Source: Candidatus Hydrogenedentota bacterium
Lineage (GTDB): Bacteria; Hydrogenedentota; Hydrogenedentia; Hydrogenedentales; SLHB01
Reading direction: 5' to 3'
Assembly (NCBI GenBank): GCA_029974275.1
Contig: JARKSN010000169.1
Span: 1 to 45,283, forward strand
DNA length: 45,283 nt
Made by a program: the position numbers and the translations under genes
Shown: piece after piece, positions 39,531 to 45,283 of the stretch
Layout: each line of letters starts with the position of its first letter
How positions within the stretch are numbered: position 1 is the first letter of the stretch
The notes under the pieces: model-generated
The model's database searches: none
Told to the model about the DNA's origin: nothing
Seen by the model: the letters and a program-made list of their open reading frames with translations, nothing else

Positions 39531-40716
39531 CGAAATCGTTCTCGGCGTGACGGGCTCGATCGCGGCCTACAAGGCCTGCGAGATCGCATCGCGTCTTGTC
39601 GAGAAAGGCTTCCGGATCACGCCCGTATTGACAGACTCCGCGCTGGAACTTATCGGGGCGGCTTCGTTCGAGGCCATCACCGGCCAGCGCGCCATCACCC
39701 GCATGTTCGGCCCGCTGCCAGCCCCGGAGATCGAGCACATCGCCGTCGCACAGCGGGCGGCGCTATTTCTCATCGCCCCCGCCACGGCCAATATTCTCGC
39801 GAAGGCCGCACACGGCATCGCCGATGATTGGCTGAGCACGACGCTGCTGGCCACGCGCGCGCCGATTCTGTTTGCGCCCGCGATGAATACGAACATGTAC
39901 CGCCATCCCGCCACGCAGGCGAATATCCAGGCATTGCGCGATCGCGGTTGTCATTTCATGGGCCCCGGCGAGGGCCGTCTCGCATGCGGATCCTATGGCG
40001 AAGGACGCTTGATCGACGCCCCGTTGATCGTCGAAAAAACACTGCTCATTTTGGGCGGTCCGAAAGACCTTGCGGGCAAGCGCGTCCTCATCACGAGCGG
40101 CGGCACACGAGAACCCATCGACCCCGTGCGGTATATCGGCAACCGATCCTCCGGCAAGATGGGGCGCGCACTCGCCTGTGAAGCATTGAAGCGCGGCGCG
40201 CACGTCACGGCGGTGACCGGCCCGGCAGAGGTCCCCTTACCCGCGGACGCAGAAACAATCTCCGTCGAAACCGCCGCCCAGATGCAACAGACGATTGAGC
40301 ACATCGCGCCGCACGCGGACATCATCATCGGCGCCGCAGCGGTTGCGGACTATCGCGTTCAGGATGCCGCCACACAAAAACGAAAACGCGGACAAGGCGA
40401 CGTCGCATTGACCCTTGTTGAAAACCCCGATATTATCGCGGGCGTCGCTGCTTCGCGTCGCCCCGGCCAAGTGATCGTCGCATTTGCCGCGGAAACCCAC
40501 GACCTTATCGAAAACGCCCTCGCCAAACTCCATCGCAAAGGTGTCGACATCATCGTCGCCAATCAGATCGGCGGCGACGAATCCGCATTCGCATCCGAAC
40601 AGCTTTACGCATCGATTCTCCTCAACGATGCGCCGCCCCCTGCGCCCTCCCTTCAATCCAAAGAAATCCTTGCGGCGCGACTCTTCGATCACATCGTCGC
40701 GATCTTCAACCCGTAG
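39508..40716 (+). CDS. coaBC: Bifunctional phosphopantothenoylcysteine decarboxylase / ligase
   Basis: LGVTGSIAAYK, APATAN, APAMN, LACG, GGTREPIDPVRYIGNRSSGKMG, AAVADY, FAAET. Confidence 0.96.
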   Translation: MATNSSNDEIVLGVTGSIAAYKACEIASRLVEKGFRITPVLTDSALELIGAASFEAITGQRAITRMFGPLPAPEIEHIAVAQRAALFLIAPATANILAKAAHGIADDWLSTTLLATRAPILFAPAMNTNMYRHPATQANIQALRDRGCHFMGPGEGRLACGSYGEGRLIDAPLIVEKTLLILGGPKDLAGKRVLITSGGTREPIDPVRYIGNRSSGKMGRALACEALKRGAHVTAVTGPAEVPLPADAETISVETAAQMQQTIEHIAPHADIIIGAAAVADYRVQDAATQKRKRGQGDVALTLVENPDIIAGVAASRRPGQVIVAFAAETHDLIENALAKLHRKGVDIIVANQIGGDESAFASEQLYASILLNDAPPPAPSLQSKEILAARLFDHIVAIFNP

Positions 40717-40988
40717 TTCTTCTACGCATCCGAAGTTCTGGACGGCGAAAGTGAAAGCGAAACAAAACGCGCGGACCTCTCGCAGCGCGCCAAGCGGACA
40801 AACGCAGCCCCAGCTCCCTTCGCCGTTACAAGCCCGGATGAGCGAGGGCCCTGCCTGACCTGCCTGGTCGGGATTGGCCGGGATTGGCCGATTGATTTTT
40901 GCGCTCAGAATTGACTAAACTCACGTTTCTTGGCGCCGTCGAGACAAAAGTCGCGACATACACACGCCAAGCCTCGGCGCAAACGCGT

Positions 40989-41064
40989 GAACGGGTAGCT
41001 CAGTTGGTAGAGCATCGGACTTTTAATCCGGTGGTCGTGGGTTCGAGCCCCACCCCGTTCACCA
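40989..41064 (+). tRNA. tRNA-Lys (anticodon UUU)
   Basis: 76 nt: acceptor stem gaacggg/cccgttc, D-arm gctc-agttggta-gagc, anticodon loop cTTTTaa, T-arm gtggg-ttcgagc-cccac, encoded CCA. Confidence 0.97.
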
Positions 41065-41072
41065 AACAAAAT

Positions 41073-41104
41073 AAAGGGTTTACGAGAAATCGTAAGCCCT
41101 TTTC
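41073..41104 (+). terminator. Terminator-like hairpin after tRNA-Lys, at the island boundary
   Basis: aaagggtttacga-gaaa-tcgtaagcccttt followed by T-rich sequence. Confidence 0.65.
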
Positions 41105-41455
41105 TTGTGTCAAGCACCTGCCCGTGATGCAATTTTGATGCACTTCCCTGCAACACACTCCCCTCGTGGGTGGATTTCTTTGATTCCGGGATTCTGCTTC
41201 TCACTCCCAAAAAGACGGAACAAAACCCACAAAATGCCGCCCCATTTTGCCGCAATTGCATCATATGTGCATTATTTCCGTGATGCACTTCGGTAACATA
41301 TTGTTAATTAATGTGTTATGGCGCAATTCAAGGTGATTGTTACTCACCTGTTGACATTAGTTGCCGTTTCTGGTAGCTTTGAGAAGGACGCATATGTGTG
41401 GGTTCCATCCCAAAGTACCGGAACAAAATCCACAAAACTCCCGGAGGCTCGCGGC

Positions 41456-42577
41456 ATGGCAACGATACTCAACCGGAAGGACAAGAGCGGCAAGGTTCAC
41501 CACGCCGTGCAAATTCGCATGAAAGGGCATGCGCCTGCGTTCGCGTCTTTCGAGCGATTGACGGACGCGCGCAAGTGGGCCGTGCAAACGGAAGCCGCTA
41601 TCCGGGAAGGCCGCTACTTCACAACGTCGGAGTCCCAGAAGCACACGTTGGGTGAAGCCATTGACCGCTACGTCCGCGACGTGTTGCCGCACAAGAAGCC
41701 CAGTAGCATCTACTCGCAGACGATACAATTGACGTGGTGGAAAGAACGCCTGGGATGCTTTGTGCTTGCCGACATAACGCCGCCCGTCATTGCGGAGTCC
41801 CGCGACGCCCTGCTAAACGGCGAGACGCACCTCCATGCGAAACGCTCAAATTCTACTGTCGTTCGTTACATGGCCGTCCTCTCGCATTTGTTCACCGTGG
41901 CCATGAAGGAGTGGGGATGGGTGGACGATTCGCCCATGCGCCGCGTGTCGAAGCCCAAGGAACCACGGGGCCGCGTGCGTTTCTTGAGCGATGACGAACG
42001 CGCACGATTGTTGATCGCGTGCAAGGAATCCCGTTGCCCCTATCTCTACCCCGTCGTTGTGCTTGCCCTATCAACGGGTATGCGCAAGATGGAAATGCTC
42101 AGTCTCACGTGGGCCGATGTAGACCTGGGCCGGGCCGTGATCACGTTGCAGGAAACCAAGAACGGCGAACGCCGCGCCGTGCCGCTTGTGGGCCACGCCT
42201 TTGACCTACTGCAAGACCTCGCCAAGACACGCCGTATCGACACGCCTATGCTCTTCCCCGCGCCATTCCGTCACGGGTACGCGCCGAAACACTGCGACAT
42301 TCAATCCGCCTGGGATTGGGCCGTGAAACGAGCGGAACTCACGGATTTTCGCTTCCACGATCTGAGGCATTCCGCCGCGTCCTACTTGGCCATGAACGGG
42401 GCAAGTCTCGCGGAAATCGCCGAAGTCCTTGGGCACAAGACCTTGCAGATGGTGAAGCGGTATGCCCACCTATCCCATGCCCACACAAGCCGCGTTGTCG
42501 CGAGTATGAACGCCGCGATCTTCGCCAAGACAAAAGAAGCTCAATGCTCAGAGGAATCCACAGATGGAAGAAAGTGA
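41456..42577 (+). CDS. Site-specific tyrosine integrase (Rci/HP1-like)
   Basis: TGMR, TKNG, FRFHDLRH, LGH and RYAH catalytic residues; RBS ggagg before ATG 41456. Confidence 0.95.
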   Translation: MATILNRKDKSGKVHHAVQIRMKGHAPAFASFERLTDARKWAVQTEAAIREGRYFTTSESQKHTLGEAIDRYVRDVLPHKKPSSIYSQTIQLTWWKERLGCFVLADITPPVIAESRDALLNGETHLHAKRSNSTVVRYMAVLSHLFTVAMKEWGWVDDSPMRRVSKPKEPRGRVRFLSDDERARLLIACKESRCPYLYPVVVLALSTGMRKMEMLSLTWADVDLGRAVITLQETKNGERRAVPLVGHAFDLLQDLAKTRRIDTPMLFPAPFRHGYAPKHCDIQSAWDWAVKRAELTDFRFHDLRHSAASYLAMNGASLAEIAEVLGHKTLQMVKRYAHLSHAHTSRVVASMNAAIFAKTKEAQCSEESTDGRK

Positions 42578-43106
42578 AGAGAGCCAAGCGGGGAGGAGTG
42601 TCTGGCATGGTGTCGAATGGGTAGTGGGTAGCCCCCAAAACTCAATTGAAACTCTATGGGGTTACCTCAATGAATGGGAGAATCTGGCAAGACTCACGCT
42701 TGCAGAACCGCGTAGATGGGACTCCCATGATAATGCCTATTCCGTACTGGAAAGAGCGGAATGCCTGAGGACGTTTCTGCGAGAAGGCAATGTAGATATG
42801 AACATGGTTTGTGATGCGCTTTTCGACATGCATTTCTTGGCACGCTACGTCGATGCTCTAGAATCCACCGAGAGGATAGATGCGTTCGAAGGATGGTTCA
42901 AGATATACCGCGCTTGTAGAAAAGGGCATGCCCTAGTCCATGGAACACCGGAAGAAAAACAAGCACGTTTTGACGCCTATCGTGCGGCATTCGCCGAAAT
43001 ACGTACCAAGCATCCCCACCAGTCAAAAGAATGGTGCTACGCTAAAGTAGCCGAGCCATTCAACGTGTCGTCGAAAACCATCAAGCGCCACGTCTCGCAA
43101 AAATAG
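42564..43106 (+). CDS. Hypothetical protein with C-terminal helix-turn-helix
   Basis: Overlaps the integrase stop; C-terminus KEWCYAKVAEPFNVSSKTIKRH has HTH spacing. Confidence 0.65.
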   Translation: MEESEESQAGRSVWHGVEWVVGSPQNSIETLWGYLNEWENLARLTLAEPRRWDSHDNAYSVLERAECLRTFLREGNVDMNMVCDALFDMHFLARYVDALESTERIDAFEGWFKIYRACRKGHALVHGTPEEKQARFDAYRAAFAEIRTKHPHQSKEWCYAKVAEPFNVSSKTIKRHVSQK

Positions 43107-43209
43107 TTGGGACACTGCACTCCACTGTCCCAGTACCTACTGTGCTTTAATCCCGTTACCGGCACCGAAACACTGGGTTTTGTGCCGTAACGCAGGGAGA
43201 AAGCACCGG

Positions 43210-43353
43210 ATGTCTGATTTCGACCTTCCCCAAGAATGTGTCTTCCTGTCAGCTTCTCAACCTATTGACAGACCCCGGTACATTTCCCCAACGTACAAGA
43301 CGAACAAGGAAACTGCCGTATCGGACGGCAAGAGAAAGGAAGACAAAACATGA
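43210..43353 (+). CDS. Small 47-aa ORF below the ORF-track cutoff
   Basis: RBS-like gggaga, ATG 43210, MSDFDLPQECVFLSASQPIDRPRYISPTYKTNKETAVSDGKRKEDKT; its stop overlaps the next start (ATGA). Confidence 0.35.
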   Translation: MSDFDLPQECVFLSASQPIDRPRYISPTYKTNKETAVSDGKRKEDKT

Positions 43354-43574
43354 ACACGAACAGTAACGAGAACAGCAATCCGCGCCTTATCCCCTTGACC
43401 GATTGGCCGAATCACCACGCGTGGCCACCGATGGGAGGTCTTCGGCATTTGGTGTTCCACGCCAAAAGTAACGGCTTTGACGCCGTAATCCGTCGTGTGG
43501 GCCGCCGAATCTTGATCGATGAAGCTGCCTTTTTCCTGTGGATTGCCCGGCAGAATGAAGGGGCTCTGCGATGA
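43350..43574 (+). CDS. Small excisionase/AlpA-like DNA-binding protein
   Basis: 74 aa, WPP.GGLRHLVF....NGF..VIRRVGRRILIDE..FF.W winged-helix Xis-like pattern; near the integrase. Confidence 0.75.
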   Translation: MNTNSNENSNPRLIPLTDWPNHHAWPPMGGLRHLVFHAKSNGFDAVIRRVGRRILIDEAAFFLWIARQNEGALR

Positions 43575-43643
43575 AGCCCATCTCTTTCTCTCCGCGCTTT
43601 GACGCCGCCACAATCAAGGCCGCGATACAGCCTGTGGTTTTCT
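43571..43643 (+). pseudogene. 5' fragment of an island gene interrupted by the IS
   Basis: ATGA-coupled to the Xis-like gene; MKPISFSPRFDAATIKAAIQPVVF runs into the IS end at 43644. Confidence 0.5.
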
Positions 43644-43668
43644 TGTCCCGGTGCAGCGGGAATTGGAC
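43644..43668. repeat. IS terminal inverted repeat, right end
   Basis: tgtcccggtgcagcgggaattggac. Confidence 0.88.
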
Positions 43669-43767
43669 ACTCGCCGATTTTTCTAAGCGACTATCGTCAG
43701 TCGTAGTCGCCGGTTCAATTGCGCGTTTTTTGAGGCATAAGCGGTCTATCAATCCGATGTGCGCGTG

Positions 43768-43885
43768 AAGAGGAGTGGGGCGTCAATTGTGCACCCCACT
43801 CTATGGCGCATCGTTTTGATGAGCCGCATCAGGCTATCCCTTGACCGGGTGCTCGCCAGCAGAGCCGGCCTCCGTTTCACCCGGT
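43768..43885 (-). ncRNA. Candidate IS-encoded small structured RNA
   Basis: Promoter-like TTGCGT-17-CAAACT upstream, three hairpins, GC-rich terminal stem; see findings. Confidence 0.4.
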
Positions 43886-43889
43886 GACG

Positions 43890-44909
43890 TCAGTTTGCCA
43901 TAGCAGCCTGTAATACGCAAGCAGTTTGTGCGTAGGGCGCCGACGCCTCCTTTCTTGCAGCCTGGCGCCGCTCTTTTCGCTCGGCGCGGGCCGCTTCGAG
44001 TTTGCGGTCGCGCTCGGCAAAAATCGCCTGGTCGCGGCCTTCGAGTTTGTCTTTGGGCGTCACGAATCCGATGGCGCTGTGCAGCCGGACCTCGTTGTAA
44101 CGCGCGACGTAGCGACCCACGACGCGCCGGGCGTCGTCGAGCGACAGCGGCGTTTGCGGGCGGATGCATTCGGTCTTCAGCGACTTGTGCCAGCGCTCGA
44201 TCTTGCCGTTGCTCTGCGGGTAATACGGGGACGTCCGGACATGGGTCATGCCGCTGATGCGGATGTACTCCTTGAAGTCCTTGGCGATGAACTGCGGGCC
44301 GTTGTCGGAGATGATGCGGGGACGCGCCTGCGGGAACGCTTCCTTGGCACGCTCCAGGATGATCTCGATGTCGGCCTCGGTCATGGCCTCGCGGATATCC
44401 CAATGGACGATGAACCGGCTGCAGCCGTCCAACACGCTGCACAGGTAGTAAAAAGTCCCGCAAATGTTGATGTACGAGACGTCGACGTGCCAGTGTTCGT
44501 GCGGCGACAACGGCTGGATGAAGCCCGTACCCTTCCTGGACTCCTTGCCGTTCCAGGGATTCAATAGACCCGCGTCGCGCAACACCCGCCACACGCTCGT
44601 CGGTCCCACGGCCACCACGTCCGCGTCCAGCATCATGAACGTCAGGCGCCGGTAGCCCTCGTCCGGATGTTCCAGGTAATAGGCGATGATCGTCTGCTTC
44701 TCCCAGTCCTCGAGCCAGAAGTCACGGGGAATCTTGCCGTTGTGCTCGTTCACCTTGCCGTACCGGGCATGCCAGTTGTAGAACTTGCTCCGGCCGATGC
44801 CCAGCCAGCCGATAAACCGCCCCACGGCGATCGCCGTCTTTTCCGACCAGCCGTTCACGAAATCCATGATCGCGTCTCGCACGTCGTGTGCCACCCAGGT
44901 CCCGTTCAA
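43890..44909 (-). CDS. IS3-family transposase OrfB (DDE integrase core)
   Basis: GYRR, WHVDVSYI (D), ISDNGPQF (D), SNGKIERWH (E), YNEVRLHSAIG..TP. Confidence 0.95.
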   Translation of the reverse strand: MNGTWVAHDVRDAIMDFVNGWSEKTAIAVGRFIGWLGIGRSKFYNWHARYGKVNEHNGKIPRDFWLEDWEKQTIIAYYLEHPDEGYRRLTFMMLDADVVAVGPTSVWRVLRDAGLLNPWNGKESRKGTGFIQPLSPHEHWHVDVSYINICGTFYYLCSVLDGCSRFIVHWDIREAMTEADIEIILERAKEAFPQARPRIISDNGPQFIAKDFKEYIRISGMTHVRTSPYYPQSNGKIERWHKSLKTECIRPQTPLSLDDARRVVGRYVARYNEVRLHSAIGFVTPKDKLEGRDQAIFAERDRKLEAARAERKERRQAARKEASAPYAQTACVLQAAMAN

Positions 44910-45214
44910 GGCTCCCCAAGACTTTTTTTTAGCGCAACGTGTTCCTCCATCAGCTCCGCCAACACCTCGTCTTTGCGGTGCAGCTTCGACTCCAAAAACG
45001 CGATCCGCTGCTCCTGCGCCGACGACTGCGGCCGCCCAGGACGGTCAAAGGCCGCCGTCCCGTTCTCGAAGAATATCTGCTGCCACCTGTAGAACTGCGT
45101 CGGCTGAATCCCCGCATCCTCGCACACCTGCGACACGGGAATCTTCTCCACCAGGTGCCGCCGCAACACCCTGACCTTCTCCGCTGATGTCCAATGCTTC
45201 CGCTGCTTTTCCAT
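44906..45214 (-). CDS. IS3-family transposase OrfA (HTH)
   Basis: RKHWTSAEK...VSQVCEDAGIQPTQFYRW HTH, C-terminal zipper, ends LKKSLGEP; RBS gaggagg. Confidence 0.93.
   Translation of the reverse strand: MEKQRKHWTSAEKVRVLRRHLVEKIPVSQVCEDAGIQPTQFYRWQQIFFENGTAAFDRPGRPQSSAQEQRIAFLESKLHRKDEVLAELMEEHVALKKSLGEP
44923..44930 (-). other. Programmed -1 frameshift site (A8) fusing OrfA and OrfB
   Basis: Minus strand cta aaa aaa agt; a -1 slip reads on as aag tct tgg gga gcc ttg aac, in frame with OrfB. Confidence 0.85.
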
Positions 45215-45258
45215 GACTCCTCCTCAATGATGGTCTACACATTCTTGCCATCGGAGAA

Positions 45259-45283
45259 GTCCAATTCCAGCGCGGGCGGGACA
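45259..45283. repeat. IS terminal inverted repeat, left end; coincides with the window end
   Basis: gtccaattccagcgcgggcgggaca; reverse complement tgtcccgcccgcgctggaattggac. Confidence 0.88.

Larger units (their letters stand above)
41065..45283. mobile_element. Integrative element or phage-satellite-like island at tRNA-Lys (other end outside the window)
   Basis: AT-richer repeat-containing spacer after the tRNA, then tyrosine integrase, HTH protein and Xis-like protein. The second att copy is not in the window. Confidence 0.8.
43644..45283 (-). mobile_element. Complete IS3-family insertion sequence, 1640 bp
   Basis: TG...CA ends; terminal IRs TGTCCCGgtgcaGCgGGAATTGGAC vs TGTCCCGcccgcGCtGGAATTGGAC (19/25 identical); orfA plus orfB with an A8 slippery site. 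Confidence 0.93.

Noticed and set aside
40868..40895. Short tandem gggattggcc repeat upstream of the tRNA
   Set aside because: Only about 2.5 copies and no supporting context.
41287..41314. dif/Xer site
   Set aside because: The left arm is vaguely XerC-like, but the right arm does not match the conserved TTATGTTAAAT.
41318..41455. N-terminal extension of the integrase given in the ORF track
   Set aside because: It overlaps the repeat sites, and a good RBS precedes ATG 41456.
43820..43885. Hammerhead or HDV ribozyme in the IS right end (GAAAC and CUGAUG present)
   Set aside because: The core reads CUGAUGC rather than CUGAUGA, there is no UH cleavage triplet after stem III, and the HDV P1.1/P2 elements do not fit. 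Kept only as an unclassified structured RNA.

Overview
High-GC bacterial chromosomal segment, probably a whole contig: it starts inside a GGC-repeat coding stretch and ends exactly on an IS terminal repeat. In order: (1) the 3' part of a giant (>2470 aa) membrane-anchored surface protein with a Gly-rich head, a 16-Cys insert, 15 tandem Ig-like repeats, Ca-binding repeats and a C-terminal sorting signal; (2) housekeeping blocks gap-pgk, rpsO-pnp (pnp has a 1-nt frameshift), trpDCFBA-pilD-aroC; (3) a TolC/MacA/MacB-type ABC exporter and an Eis-like GNAT; (4) a partial flagellar cluster motA-motB-fliL-fliN-fliO-fliP; (5) a LysR gene divergent from purM-purL-purQ; (6) yicC-gmk-rpoZ-coaBC; (7) tRNA-Lys(UUU) followed by an integrative element (tyrosine integrase, HTH protein, Xis-like protein) that is interrupted by a complete 1640-bp IS3-family element. 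The best candidates for undescribed biology are: a possible disulfide-ladder 'stalk-and-knob' module in the surface protein; an apparently separately promoted ~120-nt structured RNA in the IS3 right end; a kissing-loop three-way-junction leader upstream of gap; and a LysR gene and operator at the pur operon. All RNA folds and promoters were paired by eye and no database was searched. The surface-protein style suggests a diderm lineage such as Ca. Hydrogenedentota, but that is inference only.
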